Assembly (NCBI RefSeq): GCF_006345805.1
Contig: NC_043000.1
Location: 146,940,001-147,004,000 of the forward strand
Direction of reading: 5' to 3'
Length of the DNA: 64,000 nucleotides
From: Octopus sinensis
Taxonomy: Eukaryota
Below the pieces are notes generated by a model. It ran no database searches and was not told the origin of the DNA. It saw only the letters and a list, made by a program, of their open reading frames with translations. This document shows, one piece after another, positions 26,409 to 38,587 of the stretch. Within the stretch, counting starts at the first letter, position 1, and each line of letters begins with the position of its first letter. The position numbers and the translations under genes are program-made.

Positions 26409-29309
26409 ATGCCGGATCCTAGGTCCTACCTCCTCACCCTCCATCACCGTTTGAAGGATCATCTCCGTTCGCTTCCTGTATATTGCCTTCAGCCGTCCGT
26501 TAATCTCTCTCTACTTCTTTTTAAAAAAACCCACTTCTCTAGCCATGTCTCTTTCCTAAGCCGCTGCCTACATCACCGACTCATCCCTAAAGGTTTCCGC
26601 CTCCACTTCCACCCTGCTCTCCACTCGGATTCTTCCATCTTACCCATACTCCGCACCACATCTTACCGCCTTATGCGGGCCACCATTCGCTCCAATCTCT
26701 CCAAACTACATGCCATCAACCGCCTTCTTCCTCCTGCTTTCTCCACCTTCTTCTCCTCTCTGCCGCCTCTCTATGCTCCAAACACGCTACGCTTCATTAT
26801 CCATTTGAATCAACTCTTCCATCAATTTCTTTCTGATACCAAACTTCGTAAACTCCAATCACTCTTCCATTCCACCCTACCCGACGCCACTACCCCAAAC
26901 TCCTCCACCACCCTTCTCCCCTCCCGATAGGCTCCATCCACCCACACCTAACCCCACTGCCCCTCCCTACAACCCCTTCTCCCCTCCCGTTAGGCTCCAT
27001 CCACCTACACCTAACCCTACTGCCCCGCCCAACCACACCCACACACCTCCCCAATCCCTCCCCCTCAGACCTCCACGAGACCTACCACCCCTCCTACTTC
27101 TATTCCACCCCCCCTTCTCCACTTCCGTCTGTTGTTACCATTCCCCCCGATCTTCCCCTCTCTGCGGCTGAACGCTCCGTCCTTGGTAGGGGTCTGCGTT
27201 TCATCCCCCTCACTCCATCCTGTAAGGAATTCCAGACGCGAGTTGATGTCCACAGCTTTGTGCGCCGTGTCCGGTTGGGTGCGCATTACCACGACTCGCC
27301 ACCCACAGCCAACGAAGAGGACTGCTTCACTGGCCTGGGCCGCCGACCATCCCCGTGGACGCCTGCCCCTGGCCAGATCCTAGCAGTGGATCTTTTCGCG
27401 GGCGCTTGTCAGCGTGCATTGGAGCGGTTCAACTTCTCCAGGCGCCAACGCCGCCTCAACAAATCTCCCCGGCTGAGCTCTTGGCTCTTCGTTCCCTCCA
27501 ACGGCGCGCTGACATTATCATCAAACCAGCTGACAAGGGTGGAGCTGTAGTGGTGTGGCGCGCGGACCTCTATAGGGCCGAGGCTTTCCGCCAACTCAAT
27601 GACACCTCCTTCTATTCCCCTCTGCCCTCTAACCCCACACGTAGCTACCAACAGACGGTATCCTCTACTGTCCAAGACCTCATCTCGTCCTCTCGTCTCC
27701 CCCGCACCGCATCCAACCTAATTGTGCGAACCCCACGTACCCCCACCATTTACTTCCTCCCCAAAATCCACAAACCCAACAACCCTGGCCGCCCCATCGT
27801 CTCCGCCTGTAACTGCCCCACGGAGCTCATCTCTAAATACCTCGACCATGTCCTTGCCCCCTTAGTGGCATCTCTTCCCTCCCACATCCACGATACCAAC
27901 CATGCTCTCCGGCTTTTCAAACTCTTCTCCTTTCCTCCCGCTCCTCAAAATCCTTTTACTATGGACATCCAAAGCCTCTATACTGTTATCCCTCACCACG
28001 AAGGACTGCAGGCCTTCGACACTTTCTTGACCTCCGCTCTAACCCTGTACCTGACACCTCCACACTCATTCGTCTGGCCGAACTTGTCCTTACTCTGAAC
28101 TGCTTCTCGTTCGCGGGCGAGTTCTACCATCAGGTCTCGGGAGTGGCCATGGGAACGCGAATGGGCCCCAACTATGCGAACCTGTTCGTTGGCTATGTTG
28201 AGGCCCAAATATTCTCTAATTTCACTGGTCCCACTCCTGAACTATATGGTCGTTACATTGACGACATTATCGGTGCCACCTCACTCTCCCGCGAACATCT
28301 AGATTCCTTCCTCTCTTTCGTCCAATCTTTCCATCCAGCCCTCCACTTCACTTCCACTATCTCCAACACCTCTGTCTCCTTCCTCGACATTTCGGTTAGC
28401 ATTCTTCACTCCACTCTTACCACCTCCATTCACTACAAACACACAGACTCACACTCATACCTCAACTTCTCTTCCTCCCACCCAGAACACACCAAGCTTT
28501 CCATCCCCTATTCCCAATTCCTCCGTCTACGTAGGCTCTGTAGTGACGACCATGACTTTGAGACTCAGTCTCAACGTATGGCTCACCACTTCACCCTACG
28601 TGGATACCCCCTCACCACTATCCACACCGCCCTTGCCAGAGCACGGTCCGTGGACCGTGTATCTGCTCTCTCTCCCCGAACCCGCCCTGTAGTCTCCCGC
28701 CTCCCTTTTCCCCTCACTTACCACCCCACGACCCTACGTCTCCAACGCACCATTCTTCGAGCTTTCCGTCATCTCCAGTCCGACCCGTCCACTTCACACC
28801 TCTTCCCTAACCGACCCCTCCCCTCTTTCAAACGAGCCCACAACCTTCGAGACCTTTTGGTCCATAGCTCCTTCCCTGACCCTACCTCCCAACCCGGCTC
28901 GTTCCCCTGCTCCGCCCACGTTGCCGCACTGCCCTTACCTCTCCAACACCACCCGCCTCACTAGCACCCACCATCGACCCTATCCCATCATCTACTCCTT
29001 CACCTGCACCTCCAGCAATATTATCTATTGCATCTTTTGCTCTCTCTGCAATTCCTTGTACATCGGACAAACGGGACGCCGCTTGGCTGACCGGTTCGCG
29101 GAACACCTTCGTGACATCCACCTTGCGAACGACACACCGGCCTCACGCCATTTCCGCTCCACCGGTCACTCCTTGCAACACCTATCTGTGTTCGGTTTGT
29201 CCTTACACAGGGGCCATCCGGATTCCCGTTTGCGCCGTGAACAGGAATTAATCTTCTCTCTTCGCTCTTATACGCCATTTGGTCTCAACTCTCCCCCCTC
29301 CTCATCTAA
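26409..29309 (+). pseudogene. PLE polyprotein (reverse transcriptase plus GIY-YIG endonuclease), frameshifted as assembled
   Basis: N-terminal FLSRCLHHRLIPKG; LSAAERSVLGRGLRFIP; IKPADKGGAVVV; YFLPKIHK..GRPIVS; MDIQSLYT; GVAMGTRMGPNYANL; YGRYIDD; SFLD; YKHTD..YL..SSHP; CPHC linker; FTCTSSNIIYCIFCSLCNSLYIGQT..RFAEH..RLRREQ..GLN. Confidence 0.95.
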
Positions 29310-29619
29310 ACCCCCCTCTCCCCCCTCCTCACCTATCCTTTCCCCCCGACCCCTACTTCTTCAGTCCTTCATCCTTTCACCCTACTCCCCTTCCCTTCTT
29401 CCCTCTTTCTCCTCCCTCTTCCCCTTCCCTCTGCTCCCTCACTCCCCTCTCTCTCCCCCTCCCCTCTTTCCTCCTTCATCCCCTCCTCCCCCCATCCTCT
29501 TCTCTTCCCCCCTCTCCTCCCCCTCTCTTCCCTCCCCTTCTCTCCCCCCTCTTCTCCCCTCCCTCTCTTCTCCTCACTACACCACATGACTTTACACATC
29601 ACATCACATATGATGTGCC

Positions 29620-29960
29620 ATACTAATACACACCAACCAACTAATACATACTAATACGTACTAATACATACTAGTACATACTAATACATACACCAACCCT
29701 ATACATACACACGTCCAGACCCCGCATACGCACTTATACTCTCTCATACACACACACACACACTATACATACCAATACGTACTAATACATACTAATACAA
29801 CTAATACATACACCAACCCCATACATACGCACGTCCAGACCAATCCTACGCACTAATACTCTCTCATACACACACACACACACACACACACACCTTATAC
29901 TTACTAATACATACACCAACCCTATACATACACCACATCCAGACCCCTCCTACGCAATAG
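29620..29960 (+). repeat. ~3 tandem ~110-120 bp units plus (ACATACTAAT)n in the PLE 3' UTR
   Basis: CACCAACCC.ATACATAC.C..GTCCAGACC recurs at ~29690, ~29811 and ~29913. Confidence 0.8.
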
Positions 29961-30126
29961 CTGGTCCCTCAACCCTTTTATCAACCCTATTATCTCCCCT
30001 TATTTCGCTCTCGCGTCTCATGTTTGATCTTTGACCTCTGGCCGAAATCAGATCGCCATGTTGATTCGTTAGCTACTGCACGCATTTTTTTCTCTCCTTC
30101 TTTCTGTGTTTTTCTCTCTGTGTGTA

Positions 30127-30164
30127 TCTTTCTGTTGAAGAGCGTAGGCTCGAAACGTTAAAGA
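30127..30164 (+). ncRNA. Minimal type-I hammerhead motif in the PLE 3' UTR (A6U core variant)
   Basis: TCTTT CTGTTGA A GAGC-GTAG-GCTC GAAA CG TT AAAGA: stem I 5 bp, stem II 4 bp, palindromic AACGTT stem III. Confidence 0.75.
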
Positions 30165-30278
30165 CTTGTTTTATTTATATTTCCTGAGCGCCATACTAAT
30201 ACAATTGTTCGTTTGTTTTCCACCTGCCTTCGTCTTTTGTTTATTTTCATAAAGCTTCCCGTCATATATATATATATA

Positions 30279-31257
30279 ACGGGAAGCTTTATGAAAATAG
30301 ACAAAAGACGAAGGCAGGTGGGAAACAAAACAACAATTGTATTAGTATGGCGCTCAGGAAATATAAATAAAACAAGTCTTTAACGTTTCGAGCCTACGCT
30401 CTTCAACAGAAAAGATACACAGAGAGAAAAAAAACACAGAAAGAAGGAGAGAAAAAAATGCGTGCAGTAACTAACGAATCAACATGGCGATCTGATTTCG
30501 GCCAGAGGTCAAAGATCAAACATGAGACGCGAGAGCGAAATAAGGGGAGATAATAGGGTTGATAATAGGGTTGAATGACCAGCTATTAGTGCGTAGGAGA
30601 GGTCTGGACGTGTGTATGTATAGGGTTGGTGTATGTATTAGTATGTATTAGTATGTATAAGGGTGTGTGTGTGTGTATGAGAGAGTATTAGTGCGTAGGA
30701 TAGGTCTGGACCTGCGTATGTATGGGGTTGGTGTATGTATTAGTATGTATTAGTATGTATTAGTACGTATTAGTATGTATAAGTGTGTGTGTGTGTGTAT
30801 GAGAGAGTATAAGTGCGTATGAGGGGTCTGGACGTGTGTATGTATAGGGTTGGTGTATGTATTAGTATGTATTAGTACGTATTAGTATGTATTAGTTGGT
30901 GTATGTATTAGTATGGCACATCATATATGATGTGATGTGTAAAGTCGTGTGGTGTAGTGTGGAGAGAGGAGAAGAGGGGAGGGGGAGAAGAGGGGGAAGA
31001 GGAGAGGAGGGGTGGGGAAGGGAGGAGGAGGAAGAGAGAGAGGAGGGGGAGAAGGAAGGGGAGGAGGGGGAGTAAGGAGGAAAGAGGGAGAGGGTGAGAG
31101 AGAAGGGGAGTGAGGGAGCAGAGGGAAGGGGAAGAGGGAAGGAGGGAGGGAGAAACAGGGAAGAAGGGAAGGGGAGTAGGGGTGAAAGGATGAAGGACTG
31201 AAGTAGTAGGGGTCGGGGGGAAGGATAGGTGAGGAGGGGGAGAGGGGGGTTAGATGA
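30279..31257 (-). mobile_element. Inverted copy of the PLE 3' UTR (pseudo-LTR or second truncated insertion)
   Basis: Reverse complement of 29302-30262, separated from it only by (TA)n at 30263-30278. Confidence 0.93.
30377..30415 (-). ncRNA. Minimal hammerhead motif, inverted copy
   Basis: Same core and stems II/III as 30127-30164 on the opposite strand. Confidence 0.75.
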
Positions 31258-31269
31258 ATGCATGTATAT

Positions 31270-31488
31270 ATGTATATGTTTGTGCGTTTGAGCTTGTTCC
31301 CAACCATCGCTTGATAACCGAGGGTGGTGTTTTTACGTCCTCGTAACTAAGCGATTCGGTTAAAGAGGCCGATAAAATAAGTACTAGGCTTACAAGGAAT
31401 AAGTCCTGACATCGATTTCTTCGACTAAAAGAGGTGCACCAGCATGGCCGCAGTCACATGACTGAAACGAATAAAAGAAGAAAAGAAT
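31270..31488 (+). mobile_element. SINE family A, 3' half (old)
   Basis: Diverged body and tail ..CCAGCATGGCCGCAGTCACATGACTGAAAC. Confidence 0.8.
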
Positions 31489-31553
31489 ACACACATACAC
31501 ACATATACACACATACACAGAGGAAGAGAGACAGACAGACAGGCAGAGACATA

Positions 31554-32431
31554 CAGGATGTTCGGGCAAAATTGAATTGTTTTCATAAAAGGAAAACACA
31601 ATATCTCTTCCAAAATTAAAAGAATGTTTTTTTTAAATCAAAGATCGACTTGATTACGGCTGAGAGATAACAGTTTACTCAAAGTAGCCACCATCACCTT
31701 CCACCACGGCCTCAAGATGGCTCCTGAACTTTGCGCTTGCTTTCCTCAATGTGTTCCCTAGAAGATCTTCGTACACCTTCCTTGATTTTGAGCACCAGTT
31801 CGGTCTTAGTGCCAAAGAAGAGCTGCTGATGTCTTTCTCAACTGCGCCCCACAAGTGATAATCCATGGGACCACAGACTGGAGAATTATGAGGCCAGAAG
31901 TTAGGGCTGGTGAAGTCGTAGAAATTCTCCCAACAGTCACTTCTGACTATTTCTGTAGCTATGGCAAGAAGACGACTTCTACTGCTACATATATGGCCTT
32001 CCAGCAGCAATCATCTCCAGCCAGGATTGACCACAGTCTCAAAAGCTTCACATAGTCTTCTAAATAGAGCCTAAGGCCCTATTCAAATGTATATGGCAGC
32101 ACCCTTACGGAACACATACAAAAAGACCATGACAGTTTGGGTGAACTTGCATCTCATGATGTCCATATCATGTCTTATAGCCTTTACAGTGTTAACATAG
32201 CATTAAACAGTTGTCATGATGTTAGCATTGTGATAGCCGGAGCGAATCATCATGATACAGGTGGTTCTTTTCTAATAAGCAGATGGCTTCCAGTCCTCTA
32301 TATTGCTAATTGCCTTTCAACTACAACTTTAACCTTTATGTCTTCCAACGCCGTTCACTCTTCGCCAATTCATCAAGCTATTCCAGAAAAAAAAAGATAT
32401 AAAAATCGTCAAATTTAATTCGAATACCCTG
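31554..32431 (-). mobile_element. Internally deleted Tc1/mariner element, DD37D (maT)-like
   Basis: Imperfect TIRs CAGGATGTTCG.. and CAGGGTATTCG.. with TA flanks. ORF 31675-32010 has FWPHNSPVCGPMDYHLWG and ends FRSHLEAVVEGDGGYFE*. Confidence 0.8.
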
Positions 32432-32546
32432 TACACACACACACACACACATACACACACACACACACACACACATGCAAACAACACTCATAAGCACATA
32501 TATATCATATATATATATATGTGTGTGTGTGTTTGTGTGTGTATAC

Positions 32547-32597
<51 letters not shown>

Positions 32598-32895
32598 TAT
32601 CATATATATATCATATCATATATATATATATATACATAGCCTTAACCAAAAGTATTAGGTCACCCCGATATTTTGGGGTTTTGATATCTCAATGTTAATG
32701 AAACTCGTACACATGGAAGATTATGGTATATTTCACAATACACATTAGTTTTAATATCTAGTTGACCCTCCTATAGCATCAGTTACCACTTTTATACTGT
32801 AATGTATATATGCATGCAATTATTAGTAAGACCAACATCCAAAATTAACTTATGTTTCCTTAATTATTTCAGAGTTTTATGCTAAAATACGTAAA

Positions 32896-34405
32896 ATGCC
32901 TAAAACAAGGGAGTTAAGTGAGTGTGTGTGAAGTCGAATCGTAGCTCATCGTGAAGATGGAATGTCTCAAAGGCAAATTGCTCAGATGAAATGTTCTCGA
33001 TGTGCGGTGCAAACTACTCTCAAGCAATTCAGAGAGACAAAAGATGTGAAGACAATGCAAAGAACCAATCGAAAAAAGGTTACATCGCCTCATGATGACA
33101 GATCCATCATCCATCAACCGCTCAGAAAGAGAAAAACATCATCGGAGCTCTGTGCGGACTTCAACGAGGCAAGTACTTCACAAATATCAACCAGAACTGT
33201 TAGAAGAAGACTTGTAGAATACTGTCTGAAAGTATACATTAGTTTTAATATGTGGTTAACCCTTCTTTAGCATCAATTACTGCTTTTATACGGCAATTGA
33301 TGCTAAAATTATACGGTAATTGATGCTAAATTATACCGTAAACCAAGTGGTTTAGCGCATAAAAACTGGGATACAGTAAAAATTAATACACAAATATAAG
33401 AGAGGGTCCACTATGTGGACGCTCTTGCGCTAAAAATAGATCCGCAATGGTCTCAACCATCAAGTATTGTTCCCAAGGAGAATTAGCACAACTATGAACG
33501 TAAACGAGCAGGACAAACGAAAAATAACAAAACTGTAGACAGTATTCTACAGGTCTACAAGTCTAAAGACAGTATTCTACAAGTCTACAAGTCTAAAGGC
33601 TGTAAAGCCAGGAAGAGGCCATGGGTTTCTGAAGCGAATATGGAAAAGCGTCTTCAGTGGGCCAAAAATCACTCAAATTGGAACAGTGAGCAATGGTCGA
33701 AAGTCATATGGTCTGATGAAAGAAACTATGAGGTAAGATAGTACATGTATTCAATCAACATATAAACTTAATGTAATTGGCTTGTTGCCCAAAATATATG
33801 CAAAAGTATCCAACGTAAAGCTAATATCATTTTCCATGTTTTTACCCAGATTTTTAGTACATCTGGTGCAACTTTCGTGCGTCGCAGAGTTGGGGAAGCA
33901 TTTAAGGCTGAATGTCTGGTGCCAACCGTAAAACATAGGGGTGGTTCTATCATGGTATCGTCCTGAATGTTTGCCACAGGACCCGAAGAAATGTTTTTAT
34001 GTCGGGCAAAGATGAATTCAGCTACCTGTTTCTATATTATCGGGTGTTTTAGAGCCATCAAGTGCTAAATTGCTTCCAAGAGTGTGGAAAAACAATGTTA
34101 TCTTTCAACAGGACAACGCTCCATGTCATACAGCAAAGAACAATCGTAAATGGTTTGAGACACAGGGTATTGTGCCCATGGACTGGCCAGCACAAAGTCC
34201 CGGTCTAAATCCGATCCAACACCCATGGGGAACACTAGATGAAGCTATCTGGAACATAACAATTAAAAATAAAGAGCATTTGTACCAAATGTTAGGAGGA
34301 GAATAGAGTAAAATTGCGCCTAGAGCCTGCAAGAAACTAGCTGATTCAATGTCTAACCGTATAAAAGCGGTAATTGACGCTAAAGAAGGGTCAACCAGGT
34401 ATTAA
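32896..34405 (+). pseudogene. Tc1 transposase (DD34E spacing, E mutated to Q) with one intron and an insertion
   Basis: MPKTRELS; SQRQIA HTH; ISTRTVRRRL; KARKRP; WSKVIWSDE; PTVKHRGGSIMV; FQQDNAPCH-(34 aa)-SPGLNPIQH; RIKAVIDAKEGSTRY*. Stops and frameshifts present. Confidence 0.93.
33733..33849 (+). other. Spliceosomal intron (117 bp) in the Tc1 transposase
   Basis: GAG|GTAAGA ... GCTAAT ... TTTTTACCCAG|ATT. Removal gives in-frame WSDERNYE|IFSTSGATFVRRR. Confidence 0.8.
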
Positions 34406-34540
34406 AACTAATGTATATTTTGAAATATACCATAATCTGCCATGTGCACGAGTTTCATTAACATTGAGATAGCAGAACCCCAAAACATTGGGATGGCTTA
34501 ATACTTTGGGCCAAGGCTGTATATATACACACACACATAT

Positions 34541-34617
<77 letters not shown>

Positions 34618-35157
34618 GAAGGAATGGAAGATTTTATTGACTGAATGATTGTATGTAGTGTGAAAGACCCGATAGTGACGTAGTGTGTGATTGACTCATT
34701 TTTTTCCAAAATTGTTCTTTCTATCTTTGAAAGATAGTGAAAGGTTCGTTAAAGAAACAAATGAGCCGATCAAATTGATTATTGGTGAAAGATACTTGCA
34801 TGGTAAACTCATCTACACACTTCTCGTTAACAAACCGACTTTAATAATGTTTTTTTCATTGTCAATTCCAAGAGCAGGGGCGTAAAATAAAAAGCGTTTC
34901 CCAATGGGAATTTTTAACTGAGAATACAAAAATGGAATCTGCAAGTCATTTAATCTATACAATAATGCTTCCGCCATACACTGCTAGGCTATCCTGCCCA
35001 AGATGCTCTTTTTCTCTCTTTTTTCTCTCTTTCGCCACACTTTTTACTCTTTGTATATGTGTATGCGTGTAGATACATGTGTCTGAATGCGCGTCTGTTT
35101 AACTGTACATATATAACGTAAGGTAATCTAATATGCCTGTAAAACTATATATATATA

Positions 35158-35535
35158 TCTCACTATATAAACGGCAGTTTGTCTGTGCGTTTTCTGTGTG
35201 TCTGTTTTCTCGTACCCTCACTCTGACCACGGCTTTCAACCGATTCTGATGAAACTTGACACACACATAGCCCAATGTCATAATTCAAAACTAACGCAGC
35301 GAAAATTTTGAAAAGTTCCCCCAGTTCTGAAAAAGATCGATAAATTCGACATGGGGTCGAGAATCAGAAACCCAAACCACAGACCGTCTAGGGGACGCAA
35401 CTCCACCTTTTTTAACTCTCAAAAAATTTACCATCATTTTTTTCCATTTTTTTGCTATTTTTGGCTATAACTCTCTAAAAATGCTTTATAGTTATTTCCC
35501 TTACAAACCTGAGCAACGCCGGGCAATACTGCTAG
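35158..35535 (+). mobile_element. Non-autonomous Helitron
   Basis: A|TC start, 3' hairpin CCTGAGCAACGCCGGG, CTAG|T end. The 3' ~110 bp is shared with 4078 and 61982. Confidence 0.85.
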
Positions 35536-36171
35536 TATACAGATAGATAGATAGATAGATACATACATACATACATACATACATACATACATACATACAT
35601 ACATACATACATCATACATACATACATATATACATACATCATACATACATACGTACATACATACGTACATGCATACTTACATACAAGCACACGTATATAT
35701 ATGCATACGTACGTACGTAATACATACATAAATACGTACGTACATACATGCATACATACATACATGCATGCATCCATGCATACATACACTATCAAATAAC
35801 GACTATTAACATTAACATAATTATTAATTTACCCGCGCTACAGAAGTACTTTTGATACTTTTCGGTCTTTGACAGAAAGTATAAGAAGTTATGTTGGTAT
35901 ATGTATGCAGTTTGAGCTCTTCTATTTTGTTAGTATCAGATAGGAGAAGCAGTTGTTCTGTAAACAGTTGTGCTTGATCCATGACTGAATTTTACGGAAT
36001 CAAGTACGAAAACTATTGTAATGACATAATCACACATGCATTTTCCAGTAAATACGGATTAAAAGGCTATCACAGCAAGGCATTATATCTTACTATGGTT
36101 CTACGAATTTTTCTTCTCTTTTGCGGCAACCGGCAACTAATAGGACATAAACATACTCTTACTCTCTGTTT

Positions 36172-36391
36172 TTACTCTTTTACTTGTTTCAGTCATTTGA
36201 CTGCGGCCATGCTGGAGCACCGCCTTTAATCGAGCAACTCGACCGCGGGACTTACTCTTTTTTGTAAGCCCAGTACTTATTCTATCGGTCTCTTTTGCCG
36301 AACCGCTAAGTAACGGGGACACAAACACACAAGCATCGGTTGTCAAGTAATGCTAGGAGAACAAACACAGACACACAAACACACACACGCA

Positions 36392-36435
<44 letters not shown>

Positions 36436-36608
36436 TACATATATACGACGGACTTCTTTCAGTTTCCGTCTACCAAGTCCACTCACAAGGCTTTGGTCGG
36501 CCCAAGGCTATAGTAGAAGACACTTGCCCAAGGTGCCACGCAGTGGAACTGAACCCGGAACCATGTGGTTGGTAAACAAGCTACTTACCACACAGCCACT
36601 CCTGCGCC
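36172..36608 (-). mobile_element. SINE family A
   Basis: Full length. Confidence 0.93.
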
Positions 36609-36746
36609 TACATGTATATTGAGAAATACATGTATAATTGTATTTTAATATTGATTTTAAATTTTGGTTCAAGGCCAGCAATTTCGGGAGAGGCATAAGT
36701 CGATTACATCAGCCCCAGCTTTCAATTGATGCTTATAATAAGCTTA

Positions 36747-36925
36747 AAGGCGGTGCGCTAGCAGAATCGTCCGCACTCCAGCAAAATGCTTAGCAGCATC
36801 ACGTCCCTCTTTACGTTCTGTGTTCAAACACTGCCGAGCTTCGGTGGGGCACTGGAAGTGAATGTAATCGACTTACTCGCTCTCCCGAAATTGTTGGCCA
36901 TGGGCAAACGTTAGAAACCAATATT
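36747..36925 (+). mobile_element. SINE family B, degraded
   Basis: AAGGCGGTGCGCTAGCAGAATCG..GTTCAAAC head with an internal deletion. Confidence 0.65.
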
Positions 36926-37140
36926 AATGAGTGTGTTCGTATTATGTGTTTGTATCGGGCACTTTTGTTGCTATAACATAAAAACACTAAATTGTCGGAA
37001 AATATATTAACTTCCTCCCCTTCTCACTTTATACACACACACACAGACGCACGCTAAAATACACACACACACATTGGGTGAGAGAGAGAAGGGGAGTGAA
37101 AAAGAGAAACAAAGATAGAATATCAGAGTGATAGATAGAT

Positions 37141-37195
<55 letters not shown>

Positions 37196-37198
37196 TAG

Positions 37199-37264
<66 letters not shown>

Positions 37265-37344
37265 TAGATAGATAGATAGCTGGTAAGTGGGTGGATACTC
37301 TCATGCATATTCTGATTGTGTATATTGATACAAACATACATATG

Positions 37345-37387
<43 letters not shown>

Positions 37388-38587
37388 TATAAAGAGAGAG
37401 GGGAAGTGAAAGAGCGTATATATATATATATATACATCTTTATATATATATGTATACATGTGTGTATACATATACGTCTGTGTGTGTGTGTATATATATA
37501 TATATAAAGAGAGAGGGGAAGTGAAAGAGCGTGGGTGAAAAAGAGTGGGTGAAAGAGATAGAGAGAATGAAAGAAAAGAGGTGAGATAATCGAAAAAGAG
37601 AAGACAAAAGAGAAGTAACTCAATACCGGATGTTTTGGTCTTACAAATCTCGATGTTCATCAGCAAAGCTTAAATTATTGGTTGTCAAGACAACAATTAT
37701 TATTTTTTTAATTGTAGAAAAATATATCGGATTGCAATCAATAAAAGTTTGTCTAAATTAAATGAATTTCAATAAAATGAAATAAAAAGTATTGATTCAT
37801 GCGATTTTCATTTTTCCTTAAACTAGAAAAAAAATACGATAAATACCCTCGATTTTTATTTTTGTTTGTGTCTTTTTTTTAATTTTTTTTTTTACATTAT
37901 TTTGTTTTTTGTTTGCTTTTTATGTTTTGGTTTAGAAGTAAATAGAACTTAAGCAGAAAAAGACTTATTTGACTTTACATTTCAAAAAACTTCTCGTAAA
38001 ATACATCAAGCTTGTTTTAGTCAATTTATTGTGTAACTTCTATTTAATTATTCTGAGTGTCCATCATGGGAGCAACAAATTAAAAAGGAATACTGAATTC
38101 TAACTTTGGCTTGAAGCCACGGTGCTTTGTTTTGTTTGTTTATTTATCGTTTCTTTTTTGTTTTTTTTATTTGCAGTTTTTGTTTCGGTTTCGTTTTTTT
38201 TACTTTTTCTGTTATTTTTTTTCTTTATTGTTCTTTTTGAGATAAGTTTTGTGTAGGGGCAAAATTGTATAGTTAAATCTGTATTCCTGTTTCTATTTCT
38301 ATTTCAACTTTATTTATCTCGCCACTAGGGCGGATAAATAACGTCAATTTCTTGACCTTTCTATGATCAAACGAATCTATCAATACTCGATCAAGCCTAT
38401 TGGCTTCAGAGGGAGATACCAATCGGTTATATCGATCTCAATAATTAACAGGTACATACTTCATTCACTCCAGAAAAACAAAAGACACAAAATCAAAATT
38501 TGAACTCTAAATATAAACAGCTGTAACTAAATACCACAAGGTATTTTGTCCCAATCTCTGACGAGTCTGCTAATTCCCTACTCTTTA

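Larger units (their letters stand above)
25750..30262 (+). mobile_element. Penelope-like retroelement (Neptune-type: RT, Cys-rich linker, C-terminal GIY-YIG)
   Basis: PLE protein motifs in order, a long 3' UTR containing a hammerhead, and a 3' end on (TA)n. The 5' boundary is uncertain. Confidence 0.9.
32637..34519 (+). mobile_element. Tc1-like DNA transposon with ~160 bp TIRs, in a (TA)n tract
   Basis: TIRs 32637-32798 and 34358-34519, with transposase motifs between them. Confidence 0.93.

Noticed and set aside
29620-29960. CRISPR-like repeat-spacer pattern
   Set aside because: The 'spacers' are themselves repeats, the context is a eukaryotic retroelement UTR, and there are no cas genes.
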